Of a stretch of DNA of 64,000 nucleotides, positions 40,027 through 49,319 are shown one piece after another. Each line of letters begins with the position of its first letter. Positions within the stretch are counted from its first letter, which is position 1. The stretch spans positions 2,272,001-2,336,000 of the forward strand of contig OZ245817.1 of the NCBI GenBank assembly GCA_965228475.1. The letters are read 5' to 3'. Origin of the DNA: Myxococcota bacterium. Its GTDB lineage: Bacteria > Myxococcota_A > UBA9160 > JAFDDA01. The notes beneath the pieces were generated by a model, which was not told the origin of the DNA, searched no databases, and saw nothing but the letters and a program-made list of their open reading frames with translations. Made by a program: the position numbers and the translations under genes.

Positions 40027-40702
40027 AGTTGGGGTGGAACGCGTCGGCGCGGTGGGCGAGCACCGTGAACAGCACGACGGGCCCGCGGGCCTCGGGCGCG
40101 GCGGCGCGGAAGCGGCCATCGAAGGCATCGGACCAGGCGAGCGAGACCTCGAGGGCGAGGCCTCCCTGTGCATCCTCCTTGAGGAAGCGGGCGGGCGCCT
40201 GCTGCTGGGAGAGCTCGACGATGAGGAAGAGATCGCGGACGTCGTCCGTCGAGAGGTGGAGCTCCGGGACGCGCGGCGCCGGCGGAGGCGCGGCGAAGGT
40301 TTGCGGCGCCTGGGCCGTGCGGGCGGTGCCGGCCGGAATCCGTCCCCCGAAGCCCGGGGAGATCCCGGAGTTCGCGTTCGAGGAGGCCATGTTCTCGGGC
40401 GTCGGGGGTGCACCCTGGAGTTCGCGGACGCGTCGGGCGGCGTCGATCAGGTTGTAGGGGTTGTTCGGGTTCTGGCTGTCGCGATAGACCTGCCAGCTGT
40501 AGGGGCGGGGCAGGTACTCCGGCCTGAGCGGCGGAACCTCTTCGGGGGCCACCTCCTTCGCGGCGCGGCACGGAATCGCCCGCCGGTCCTGGACGATGAA
40601 GATCGAGCCGTCCGGGCAGACGCCCGAGATGGCAGCGTTCGCGGCGCCTGCTCCGAGGAGGGTGGCGAGAGCGAGTGCGGCGGCGAGGGGCTGGGGGCGC
40701 AT
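39824..40702 (-). CDS. Hypothetical secreted protein
   Basis: Signal peptide ending ANA, Cys pair (CPDG...PC), Pro-rich linker and a beta-rich C-terminal domain. Confidence 0.75.
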   Translation of the reverse strand: MRPQPLAAALALATLLGAGAANAAISGVCPDGSIFIVQDRRAIPCRAAKEVAPEEVPPLRPEYLPRPYSWQVYRDSQNPNNPYNLIDAARRVRELQGAPPTPENMASSNANSGISPGFGGRIPAGTARTAQAPQTFAAPPPAPRVPELHLSTDDVRDLFLIVELSQQQAPARFLKEDAQGGLALEVSLAWSDAFDGRFRAAAPEARGPVVLFTVLAHRADAFHPNFTFVQDHDTFRPRIDDPAQMGILEGTLGEIGAEEVVLGYVVLPDRMDPARSWDVYWNDRRIGTVLRP

Positions 40703-40740
40703 GTTCAACCTCGGTGGGGAAGCGGGAGCGGTTCGCGCGC

Positions 40741-41283
40741 TCAGCGCGGGAACGTCACGTAGACCTGGGTGTAGAAGAGGGTTCCGTCGCTGCGGCGGGC
40801 GACGCCGATGCCGGTCGCGTTGAACGCCGGCGCGCTCAGGTTCTCGAAGTGATCCTTGGAGTGCAGCCAGCCCTGGAAGACCTCGCGGTTCGGATCGCGG
40901 CGGCTCGTCATGCCGACGTTCTCGGCAGCGAGGGAGAAGCCGGCCACGCCGCCGGCGTGGATGCGGTCGACCGGGTTCGCGCCCTCCGGGTTCTCGTGGG
41001 AGAAGAACCCTCGCGTGGCCATGTCCTGGCTGTGCCGTCGCGCCACGGCGTCGAGCTCGGGCCGCCGCTCGAGGCCGATCAGGTGATGGCGCTGCCGCCA
41101 CTCGTTCACCGAGTGGTGCATGCGCTGCTCGAGGTCCGCGATGCCGTCCGCACGGGAGGACAGCGTCTCGCGCGCGGGCACGGAGCTGAAGTCCGCCCCG
41201 CGCGCGCCGAGCGGCATCAGCAGCACGATGGCGATCCAGACGCCGATCAGGAAGCCGAAGGCTTGGACGAGGGTGCGCGGCAT
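40741..41283 (-). CDS. CAP/SCP domain secreted protein
   Basis: VNEWR, ARRHSQDMA..FFSH, AENVG, WLHSKDHFENL and GIGVA. Confidence 0.9.
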   Translation of the reverse strand: MPRTLVQAFGFLIGVWIAIVLLMPLGARGADFSSVPARETLSSRADGIADLEQRMHHSVNEWRQRHHLIGLERRPELDAVARRHSQDMATRGFFSHENPEGANPVDRIHAGGVAGFSLAAENVGMTSRRDPNREVFQGWLHSKDHFENLSAPAFNATGIGVARRSDGTLFYTQVYVTFPR

Positions 41284-41285
41284 GC

Positions 41286-42686
41286 CTACTGGATGATCTC
41301 CCGGCGGCGCAGCTTGCCTTCCTGGTAGAAGGAGCGGACGTCCATCACGCCGTCGCGGTCGGTGTCTTCTTCCTGGTGGGTCTTGCGGTCTTCGCCGTCG
41401 TAGTGCGTGACGCGGTCGGGGCGCCCGTCGCCGTTTCGGTCTTCCTCTTCGCGGACGAGCTGGCCCGCGGCGTAGAAGGACATGCGGTCGCGAAAGCCGT
41501 CGGCGTCGCTGTCCTGCTCGTGGCGCAGGAGCACGCCGTCCTGATAGAAGCTCCAGACGTCGACCTCGCCGTCGCCATCCGCGTCGGCCCGGCGCCGGAC
41601 GATCACGCCCTCTTCGTACTCGGTGAAGGTGTCGGCCGTTCCGTCGAGGTCCGTGTCCTCTTCGTCGTGGGCGATCTGGTCCGTACCTCGGACGTAGTGG
41701 ACCTTCCGTTCGGGTCGGCCGTCCCCGTCGTCGTCGGTCTCCTCGGCCACGATGTCGCGGCCCTGGCGGTAGACCCAGCGGTCCGGCTTGCCGTCGGCAT
41801 CGCGATCGATGGATTCGTAGAGCCTTACGAGCTCGGGCGCGGGGGCGACGGCGACCTGCGGGGCCTCCGCTCGCGGGGCCGCGAGCTGCGGAGCGCCGGG
41901 CGAGGCGGAGGCCTGCGGCCGCGGAGCCGGGCCGGGTGCCGGGTTCCCCGTCGCCATGGCGCTGCGCAGGGCGGCGAGCTCGGCGGCGATGCTGCGCCGT
42001 CCGGTGGAAGGGGAGGTCGCCGGAGCCGGTGCGCTCGGCGTGCGCGCTGCGTAACGAGGAGCGGGCGCGGGCGCCGGAGCCGGGGCTCCGCCGGGCTGTC
42101 CCTGCAGCTCCTTTTCCATGCCCTCGAGGAGCGCCTGCTCGCGCATGGCCTGGCGCTCGGCGGGCGTCGGCGGCGCCGGGGGCGCTTCGCCCGTGACCTT
42201 CACCGTCGGATCCGCCGGGCCGGTCACGGCCTGGTGGACCTTCTTGAACGGGTACGCGGCGACGAGGAAGGGGAGCTTGAAGGCCTTCGCCCAGGCCGGT
42301 TCGTTGTTCACCTTCTGGTGGCGTTCGATGTCCTGATCGGCCCCGCCGATCATCACGAAGCCGCCCGGTGCGGCGCCCTGCGGAACGCCCGCAGCTTGGG
42401 GCGCTCCCGCGGCACCGGGCGCTCCGGCAGGGCCTCCCTGGGCGCCGGGCGCTCCGGGCGCGGCGCCGGGGACGGGCGGCGCCAGGCCGACGTTCGGCGC
42501 GATGTTCGGCATCGGAACGCCGGCCTGGTTCGGCATGAGGATCGTCGCGGCGGCTCCGGTCGTGACGATCGGGTGGGTATCGAGGTCGCGGTCGATGTTG
42601 GCGTAGCCGCCGCAGCCGAGCAGGGCGAAGGAGGCGCAGCCGACGACGGCGAGGGCGCGCGGCGAGGCGAAGGGCAGTCGATGCAT
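41286..42686 (-). CDS. Lipoprotein with Pro/Ala-rich linker and seven DxDxDG repeats
   Basis: Lipobox ALLGC. C-terminal repeats DRDADGKPD, DDDGDGRPE, DTDLDGTAD, DADGDGEVD, DSDADGFRD, DRNGDGRPD and DTDRDGVMD. Confidence 0.8.
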   Translation of the reverse strand: MHRLPFASPRALAVVGCASFALLGCGGYANIDRDLDTHPIVTTGAAATILMPNQAGVPMPNIAPNVGLAPPVPGAAPGAPGAQGGPAGAPGAAGAPQAAGVPQGAAPGGFVMIGGADQDIERHQKVNNEPAWAKAFKLPFLVAAYPFKKVHQAVTGPADPTVKVTGEAPPAPPTPAERQAMREQALLEGMEKELQGQPGGAPAPAPAPAPRYAARTPSAPAPATSPSTGRRSIAAELAALRSAMATGNPAPGPAPRPQASASPGAPQLAAPRAEAPQVAVAPAPELVRLYESIDRDADGKPDRWVYRQGRDIVAEETDDDGDGRPERKVHYVRGTDQIAHDEEDTDLDGTADTFTEYEEGVIVRRRADADGDGEVDVWSFYQDGVLLRHEQDSDADGFRDRMSFYAAGQLVREEEDRNGDGRPDRVTHYDGEDRKTHQEEDTDRDGVMDVRSFYQEGKLRRREIIQ

Positions 42687-42849
42687 GGCGTTCCCGAAAG
42701 GAGAGGGTTCGCGTCCAAAGACTGCAAGATCCGTGCGAGGGGTGGGCGTGGGCGGAGGTGCCGCCACTTCGCGAGCCCCGGCGCGGGAAAGCCGATGCCT
42801 TTGCCGGGCGCCTGCCGACGGCAGGGCGCTCGCAAGGGTGGGTAGCGAA

Positions 42850-43893
42850 CTACCCTGATCGGGTGGTGGTGGGGTCCGCTGCGTTCGCGCTGCCGATGCG
42901 GTCGATGGCGAGCGTCGCGCCGAGCCCGAGCAGGACGAGCAGCACGGAGGCTCCCGCCTGCAGCGGCGTCGGGGTGAACCGTTCGAGCGGCCAGTCCTCG
43001 GGGTCGATCTCCGCGAGGCTCGCCGCCGTGACGGTCCGGCCCTTCACGACGTCGCCCGGCTCCGGCCGCACGCCTTCCTGGAAGGGCCAGAGCCCTACGA
43101 CCGCGCCGAGGAGCAGCCCGAGCAGGACGCCGAGGGTGGCCTGGCGAAGGTGCTCGAGCAGCCAGCGCACGAGGTTGCTCACGCCGACGATGCCGAGGGC
43201 GACGCCGACTCCGACCGGAACGACCACCGCCATCGCCTCGCGCAGGGCGACCGTGTCGACGCCTCCGCCCGAGACGGCCTGCTTCAGCTGGTCGATGCCC
43301 GTGAGGATCGGGACGTACTGGCCGAGGAGGAGCAGCAGGTACCCGCCGCTCACGCCGGGAAGCACCATGGCGCTGGCACCCGCAATGCCGGCGATCACGA
43401 GGGGGACCGGGCCCTCGGCGCCGCTGCCGCCGCCGTCGGCGAAGGCCAGCAGCAGCATGGCGCCGAAGCCGCCGAGAGCGCTCGCGAGGACCGTCGAAGA
43501 GGCGGGCTTCGCCATCCGCCAGACGAGGGGAATGCCGCCGAGCGTCAGGCCAATGAAGAGGCTGTACATCACCCAGCGCTGCTCGATCACCAGCGTCTTG
43601 GTCGGCCCGGCGAGGAGCAGGATCGAGAGCGCGGCGCATCCGGCGATGACGCCGACCACGAGCAGGGCCCGGGGGCGGAGGCGCAGCGTCGTGAGGTCGG
43701 CCACCGCGGTGACGAAGGCTTCGTAGACGCCGGCGGCGAGAAGCATGGTGCCGCCGGAAACCCCCGGGACCAGGTTCGCGAGGCCCATCAACGTGCCGCC
43801 GAGCGCCGAGCGCGCCGCGAGCGTGCGCGTCGATCCAGCGGGCGGGGCGGCGTCGCCGTTTCGCGTTGCGTGCGAGGGCTCTTGGGTCGTCAT
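42850..43893 (-). CDS. DUF368 family membrane protein (putative undecaprenyl-phosphate translocase)
   Basis: Two signature repeats, MGLANLVPGVSGGT and AMVLPGVSGGY; many TM segments. Confidence 0.85.
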   Translation of the reverse strand: MTTQEPSHATRNGDAAPPAGSTRTLAARSALGGTLMGLANLVPGVSGGTMLLAAGVYEAFVTAVADLTTLRLRPRALLVVGVIAGCAALSILLLAGPTKTLVIEQRWVMYSLFIGLTLGGIPLVWRMAKPASSTVLASALGGFGAMLLLAFADGGGSGAEGPVPLVIAGIAGASAMVLPGVSGGYLLLLLGQYVPILTGIDQLKQAVSGGGVDTVALREAMAVVVPVGVGVALGIVGVSNLVRWLLEHLRQATLGVLLGLLLGAVVGLWPFQEGVRPEPGDVVKGRTVTAASLAEIDPEDWPLERFTPTPLQAGASVLLVLLGLGATLAIDRIGSANAADPTTTRSG

Positions 43894-43936
43894 ACGGTGC
43901 GGCCGCCTCCTCGTGCGGCGCGCTACTGTAGCAGCC

Positions 43937-44635
43937 GTGTGCGGACGGTTTACGCTCGCGAGCCCGGCCGAGACCCTCGACGGCGACTTCGGGCCCTTCG
44001 ATGCCGGCCAGGATCCGGAGGACGTTCCGGAGCTCGCTCCCCGTTTCAACATCGCGCCCACCCAGCCCGTGGCGACGGTCCGTGCGACGACCGAGGGCAG
44101 GCGCGCCCTCGAGCTGCGGCGCTGGGGGCTGGTTCCTCACTTCTCGCGGGAGGCCTCCGGTGCGCCCCTGTTCAACGCCCGGGCGGAGACCGTCGCGGCC
44201 AAACCTTCCTTCCGTGACGCCTTCCAAAAGCGGCGCTGCCTGATTCCCGCCGACGGCTTCTACGAGTGGTTCCGGGTCGCCGAGCGCCGGCAGCCCTTCT
44301 ACGTCCGCCGGAAGGACGGGCGGGCCTTCGCGATGGCGGGCCTCTTCGAGCACTGGGAGGCCGAGGGCGCCGATCCCATCGACTCCTGCACGATCGTGAC
44401 GACGGAGGCCAATGCGCTGCTGGCGCCGATCCACGACCGCATGCCGGTGATCCTTTCGAAGGAGGGCGTCGATGCGTGGCTCGATGCGCAGACCCACGAG
44501 CCCCACGCCCTCGATCCGTGGCTCGTGCCCGCGCCGGCCGAGGACTTCTGCAAGTTCCCCGTGGATCCGCGGGTGAACCGCTGGAGCTGGGACGACCCGT
44601 CGAGCGTCGAGCCCCTCTTCGAGGGCCTGCAGTGA
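43937..44635 (+). CDS. SRAP / YedK-HMCES abasic-site processing protein
   Basis: N-terminal MCGRF, RFNIAPTQ, WGLVP, FNARAET, RCLIPADGFYEW and IHDRMPVIL. Confidence 0.93.
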   Translation: MCGRFTLASPAETLDGDFGPFDAGQDPEDVPELAPRFNIAPTQPVATVRATTEGRRALELRRWGLVPHFSREASGAPLFNARAETVAAKPSFRDAFQKRRCLIPADGFYEWFRVAERRQPFYVRRKDGRAFAMAGLFEHWEAEGADPIDSCTIVTTEANALLAPIHDRMPVILSKEGVDAWLDAQTHEPHALDPWLVPAPAEDFCKFPVDPRVNRWSWDDPSSVEPLFEGLQ

Positions 44636-44883
44636 TCCGCGGGCTCCTGCTCGCCGGCGTGGCGCTGCTCTACGTCTTCTCGATCCCGTGGTACCGCGAG
44701 CCGGGCGCGGAGAGCGCGATCCTCTTCGGCCTCCCGGACTGGGTGATGGTGGCGCTGGGCTGCTACGTCGCCGCGGCGGTCTTGAACTCGCTCGCCTGGC
44801 TCGCCACCGACGTCCGCGACCCCGAGCCGCCGAGCACGCGAGACGGCGGAGCGGACGATTCGCCCGCGGAAGCGCCCCGATGA
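44632..44883 (+). CDS. Small 2-TM membrane protein, typical SSS accessory subunit
   Basis: YVFSIPWY...LFGLPDW. Overlaps both the SRAP stop and the SSS start. Confidence 0.75.
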   Translation: MIRGLLLAGVALLYVFSIPWYREPGAESAILFGLPDWVMVALGCYVAAAVLNSLAWLATDVRDPEPPSTRDGGADDSPAEAPR

Positions 44884-46364
44884 CGTTCGGCGAACTCGGG
44901 GTTCAGGCCCTCGTCGTCTACGTGATCGGCGTCGTGGTCGTGGCCGAGCTGGCGCGGCGCGCGCGGCGGGACCACTCTCCGGCGGACCACTTCCTGGCGG
45001 GGCGCGGCCTCGGTGTCTTCGTCCTGTTCCTCACGCTCTACGCCACCGCCTACAGCGGCAACTCGCTCCTCGGCTACCCGGGCGAGGCGTACCGGCGCGG
45101 CTTCTCGTGGATCATGTCGACCGGCTTCATGATGTCGATCATCGTCGTGTTCCACCTGCTGGTGCCGAAGCTTCGCCCGATCGCCGTCGCCGAGGGCTTC
45201 CTCACCCCCGGCGATTGGCTTCGCTTCCGTTTCGGCAAGGAGCCCGGGGGCAAGGCGCTCCTCGCCGCCTGCGCCGGGCTGATGACGGTCGCCCTCGCGA
45301 ACTTCCTCCTGGCCCAGCTGACGGCGATGGGGCACGTGACGAGCCACGTCACCGCGGGGGCGGTGCCGTTCTGGGCCGGCGTCATCGGGCTCGCCTTTCT
45401 GATCCTGCTCTACGAGACCCTCGGCGGGATGCGCGCGGTCGCCTGGACCGATGCCGTGCAGGGGATCCTGATGCTCGTGGGGCTCGGGGCGCTGCTGCAC
45501 TGGGTGCTCGGCGATTCCGGGGGGCTCGAGCGCATCACGCGAGCCGTGGCGGAGCTTCGCCCCGAGGCGGTGGCGGTGCCGGGCCGGACCGAACAGAACA
45601 ACTGGGCGAGCACCATCCTGCTGCTCGGTCTCGCGAGCGTCGTGTACCCCCAGGCAATCCAGCGCGTCTACGCCGCCCGGAGCGGCCGGGCGCTCTCCCG
45701 GGCGATGGCGCTCATGACCTTCATGCCTCTGGCCACGACGACGGTCGTCTTCCTGATCGGGATCGCGGCGATCCCGCGCCTCGAGGGCATGAGCGGCGTG
45801 GCCGCGGACACGGTGATGCCGAGGCTTCTCGAGCAGTGGGCTGCGGTCGGGCCCGCCCAGGCGGTCATGGCGATCGTCGTGTTCGTCGGGGCGCTCGCGG
45901 CGATCATGTCGACGGCGGATTCGGTGCTCCTTTCGCTGTCCTCGATCGTGGCCGTCGACCTGCTCGGCCGGCCGGCCGGTGAGGAGCGGACGACCCGGCT
46001 CGGCAAGCGCATCGCGGGCACGATCATGTTCGTCGCCGTCCTGCTCGCGCTCTTTCCGCGGTTCACGCTCTGGCGGTTGATCGAGCTCAAGATGGAGCTC
46101 CTGATCCAGTGCGTTCCGGCCTTCCTGTTGGCGCTGCACTGGGCGGGCCTGCGCGCGCGGCCGGCGCTGCTCGGCGTGGTGGTCGGGACGCTGCTCGCCG
46201 CCGGGGCGACCCTCGGCGGTGCCAAGCGCATCGACGGCGTCCACATGGGCGTGATCGGGCTGTTCGCGAACACGGCGGTGGCGGTGCTCGGCTCGCTCTG
46301 GCTTCAGGCCTCGGCGCGCGGCGGCGGCGCGGGCGCGGCGACCCCGAGCGCTTCGGCCAGGTAG
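44880..46364 (+). CDS. Sodium:solute symporter (SSS family)
   Basis: FLAGRGLG, ATAYSG, GGMRAVAWTDAVQG, PQAIQRVYAA and AAIMSTADSVLL. Confidence 0.9.
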   Translation: MTFGELGVQALVVYVIGVVVVAELARRARRDHSPADHFLAGRGLGVFVLFLTLYATAYSGNSLLGYPGEAYRRGFSWIMSTGFMMSIIVVFHLLVPKLRPIAVAEGFLTPGDWLRFRFGKEPGGKALLAACAGLMTVALANFLLAQLTAMGHVTSHVTAGAVPFWAGVIGLAFLILLYETLGGMRAVAWTDAVQGILMLVGLGALLHWVLGDSGGLERITRAVAELRPEAVAVPGRTEQNNWASTILLLGLASVVYPQAIQRVYAARSGRALSRAMALMTFMPLATTTVVFLIGIAAIPRLEGMSGVAADTVMPRLLEQWAAVGPAQAVMAIVVFVGALAAIMSTADSVLLSLSSIVAVDLLGRPAGEERTTRLGKRIAGTIMFVAVLLALFPRFTLWRLIELKMELLIQCVPAFLLALHWAGLRARPALLGVVVGTLLAAGATLGGAKRIDGVHMGVIGLFANTAVAVLGSLWLQASARGGGAGAATPSASAR

Positions 46365-47617
46365 GGCAGGACCTCCTCGGCCAGCACGATCTCCGGGGCC
46401 AGGCGCTTCGAGAGACCCTCGGCCGTCATGATCGCGAGGTTCACCATCGTCATGTGGGCCCGCGCCTGGATCCGGTGCCGGCGCAGGATGTCGAAGATCC
46501 GGCCGATCTCCGCCGAGACCTGCAGGTTCGCGAGCCCCTTCACCCGGACGCTCTCGACGAACTCGCTCATGTCGCGCTCGTAGGCGGCGTAGTCCGGCGT
46601 CGCCGTGTGAGGCGACTCCTCGTAGAAGACGCGGGCCGTGGTCGGGCCGTCGCCCGTCGCCAGGGCGAACAGCATGCGGGCGGTGTTGAGCCGGTCGCGG
46701 TCCTCGATCTCCCCGACGAGGCCGAGGTCGAGGGCGACGATCTTGCCCGGGGGCAGGAAGCGCAGGTTCCCCGGGTGGAGGTCGGCGTGGACGAAGCCGT
46801 TGTGGAAGATCATCCGGCAGACGCCGCGCAGCCCGGAGCGCACGATCCGTGTGACGTCGACGCCGTGCTCCGCGAGGGCGTGCTCGGGGATGCCTTCGAT
46901 GAACTCCATGGTGAGGACGCCCGCGGCGGAGGCCTCCGGGTAGGTCGCGGGGAAGAGCACCTCGGGGTCGTCGGCGAAATCGGCCTGGAAGCGGGCGTTG
47001 TTGGCGAGCTCGTTGCGGAGGTCGATCTGCGCCTCGACGGCGACGCAGAAGGAGCGGATCGCGTCCTCGATCGCCATCAGGCGGAACGTCGGGACGACGC
47101 GCTCGAGGAAGCGCGCCACGGCGAGCAGGATCGAGCGGTCGAGCCGGACCTTCTCGAGGATGTCCGGCCGGCGCACCTTCACGGCCACGACGTCGCCCGA
47201 GGAGGCGAGCACCGCGCGGTGGACCTGGGCGACGGACGCCGCGGCCACGGGCTCGCGCTCGAACTCCCGGAACACGCTCTCGAGCGGCTTGCCGAGTTCG
47301 CTCTCGATCGTGCGCCGGACCTCGCCGAAGGGGAAGGGCGGCACCTGATCCTGCAGCGTCGCGAGCTCTGCCACGAAGACCGGGGGAAGGAGGTCCGCAC
47401 GGGTCGAAGCGATCTGGCCGACCTTGATGAAGGTCGCGCCGAGCTCGGTGCAGGCGCGGACGGCGCCCCGCCCGGCGGCGCGCTGGAACCTCCCGGGCGC
47501 CGGGCCGCGGAGCGCAGCCAGGGCGGCGCCCCCGCCGAGCAGGCTCGCCCGCAGGATCTGGAACGCCCGTTGCACGATGCGCGCGGGGTGTCTTCGAGCG
47601 GAGGGACGGGGCGACAC
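46304..47617 (-). CDS. ABC1/AarF/UbiB atypical kinase
   Basis: GATFIKVGQIASTR, LQDQVPP, AAASVAQVHRA, VAVKVRRP, HADLHPGN and LDLG. GTG 47617 lies 8 nt after TAATCT. Confidence 0.88.
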   Translation of the reverse strand: MSPRPSARRHPARIVQRAFQILRASLLGGGAALAALRGPAPGRFQRAAGRGAVRACTELGATFIKVGQIASTRADLLPPVFVAELATLQDQVPPFPFGEVRRTIESELGKPLESVFREFEREPVAAASVAQVHRAVLASSGDVVAVKVRRPDILEKVRLDRSILLAVARFLERVVPTFRLMAIEDAIRSFCVAVEAQIDLRNELANNARFQADFADDPEVLFPATYPEASAAGVLTMEFIEGIPEHALAEHGVDVTRIVRSGLRGVCRMIFHNGFVHADLHPGNLRFLPPGKIVALDLGLVGEIEDRDRLNTARMLFALATGDGPTTARVFYEESPHTATPDYAAYERDMSEFVESVRVKGLANLQVSAEIGRIFDILRRHRIQARAHMTMVNLAIMTAEGLSKRLAPEIVLAEEVLPYLAEALGVAAPAPPPRAEA

Positions 47618-47703
47618 GGCCGACGAGATTAACGGCGACCCCGGGAGACGGCTATGGTGGGCCGGTCCGCGCAGGCCCGGCCCGCGCCCGAAGGGAGGCA
47701 TCG

Positions 47704-48930
47704 ATGGAACTACCGAAGCAGGGAATCCCCCAGGCCGAGCTGATGGCCGACATGAAGGCGCGCAAGGAACAGGACGCGAAGTGGCGAGAGGGCAAGACCT
47801 GGAGCCTGATCTACCCGGCGGGCGAGGAGGTCGATGCGCTGCTCGCCGAGGCGAACTCGCTCTACCTCTACGAGAACGCGCTGAACCCGTTCCGCTTCCC
47901 GAGCCTCCGGCAGATGGAGGTGGACGTGGTCTCGATGACGGCTGCGCTGCTGCACGCGCCGGCGGAAGCCGGGGGCTGCATGACCTCGGGAGGGACGGAG
48001 TCGATCATCATGGCCGTCAAGGCGGCGCGAAACCGCGCCCGGGCCGAGCGCGGTGTCACGAATCCGACGCTCGTCGCCCCGGTCTCCGCGCACCCGGCCT
48101 TCGCGAAGGCGGCCGAGTACCTCGGGCTGGAGCTCGTCCAGGTCCCCCTCGACGACGACTACCGCGCCGACGTCGCCGCCGCCGAGGCGGCCATCGACGA
48201 ACGCACGGCGCTCGTCATGGGTTCGGCCCCGAACTACCCGTTCGGGACGATCGACCCGATCCCGGAGCTGGCGGGCCTCGCCCACGAGCGCGGGATCTCC
48301 TTCCACACGGACTCGTGCCTCGGCGGCTTCCTGCTGCCGTTCCTCGAGCGGCTCGGACAGGACGTGCCGCCCTTCGACTTCCGGGTCCCGGGCGTGACGA
48401 CGATGTCGGCCGACGTCCACAAGTACGGCTACTGCACGAAGGGGGCCTCTACGGTCATCCACCGCGACGATGCGCTCCTGAAGAAGCACCAGCTCTTCGT
48501 CTACGACAAGTGGCCGGGCGGCCTCTACGCCTCCTTCGCCATGGCCGGGGCCCGCCCGGCGGCACCCATCGCCGCGGCCTGGGCGATCATGCGGTTCCTC
48601 GGGGAAGACGGGTACCTGAAGCTCGCCGGGCGCGTGCGGGACACGACCCGGAAGCTGCAGGAGGGCATCGCCGCGCTCCCCGGCCTCCACGTCTGGGGCC
48701 AGCCCGCGATGAGCGTGTTCTCCTTCGGGTCCGACACGCACGACATCATGGCCATCGGCGACGTGATGGACGAGCGAGGCTGGCACCTCGACCGCCAGCA
48801 CGGGCCGGACGCCCTCCACCTGATGGTCTCGCCCGAGCACGCGGAGGTGGCCGACGCCTTCCTCTCGGACCTCCGCCACGCGGTGGAGAACCACGGCGAG
48901 TCCCAGGGCAAGGATGCCCGGTACAGCTAG
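47704..48930 (+). CDS. PLP-dependent group II decarboxylase family, sphingosine-1-phosphate lyase-like
   Basis: W..GK...IY, NALNP..FPSLRQME, TSGGTESI, SAHPAF.KA, HTDSCLGGF, SADVHKYG and WPGGLY. Confidence 0.8.
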   Translation: MELPKQGIPQAELMADMKARKEQDAKWREGKTWSLIYPAGEEVDALLAEANSLYLYENALNPFRFPSLRQMEVDVVSMTAALLHAPAEAGGCMTSGGTESIIMAVKAARNRARAERGVTNPTLVAPVSAHPAFAKAAEYLGLELVQVPLDDDYRADVAAAEAAIDERTALVMGSAPNYPFGTIDPIPELAGLAHERGISFHTDSCLGGFLLPFLERLGQDVPPFDFRVPGVTTMSADVHKYGYCTKGASTVIHRDDALLKKHQLFVYDKWPGGLYASFAMAGARPAAPIAAAWAIMRFLGEDGYLKLAGRVRDTTRKLQEGIAALPGLHVWGQPAMSVFSFGSDTHDIMAIGDVMDERGWHLDRQHGPDALHLMVSPEHAEVADAFLSDLRHAVENHGESQGKDARYS

Positions 48931-49019
48931 TCTGCGGAGGAGCTGCGGGTTTGCACGTTTGGCGCAGTGCAACTGCGTTCCACTCGTCACCACCGCGGAG
49001 ATCGGGGTCACTTCAAGGG

Positions 49020-49319
49020 ATGGATGCGTGGATCGTCGCCCTCGGTAGCCTCTGCTGCCTCTACACCGCCTGGGAGCTCGCCGGGCTCGCCAGCGGGACT
49101 GGCCGCTCGCGCGCGCAGGCCCACTCCGCTTCGCGCGGTGCCTGGGAAGCTCCCCGCGGGCCGGGTGCCGGGGGACAGGCCCCGGGGCAGGCGCGGGCCG
49201 CCGACTCCCGCTCCGGCCGCCCCCTGCGCCTGCGGGTGGACCGGCGCTCGCCGGGCGGCCGCCGAACGACCGACGCACGCGGGACCGCCGGGGAGGGGAC
49301 GTGGTCCGGGGCCTTCTGA
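49020..49319 (+). CDS. Possible small membrane-anchored hypothetical protein
   Basis: ATG, hydrophobic N-terminus MDAWIVALGSLCCLYTAW, then a low-complexity tail. Weak support. Confidence 0.35.
   Translation: MDAWIVALGSLCCLYTAWELAGLASGTGRSRAQAHSASRGAWEAPRGPGAGGQAPGQARAADSRSGRPLRLRVDRRSPGGRRTTDARGTAGEGTWSGAF

Noticed and set aside
42723..42738. Sigma-54 promoter as a firm feature
   Set aside because: TCGCACG-N4-TTGCA lacks the conserved -24 GG. Kept only as a remark.
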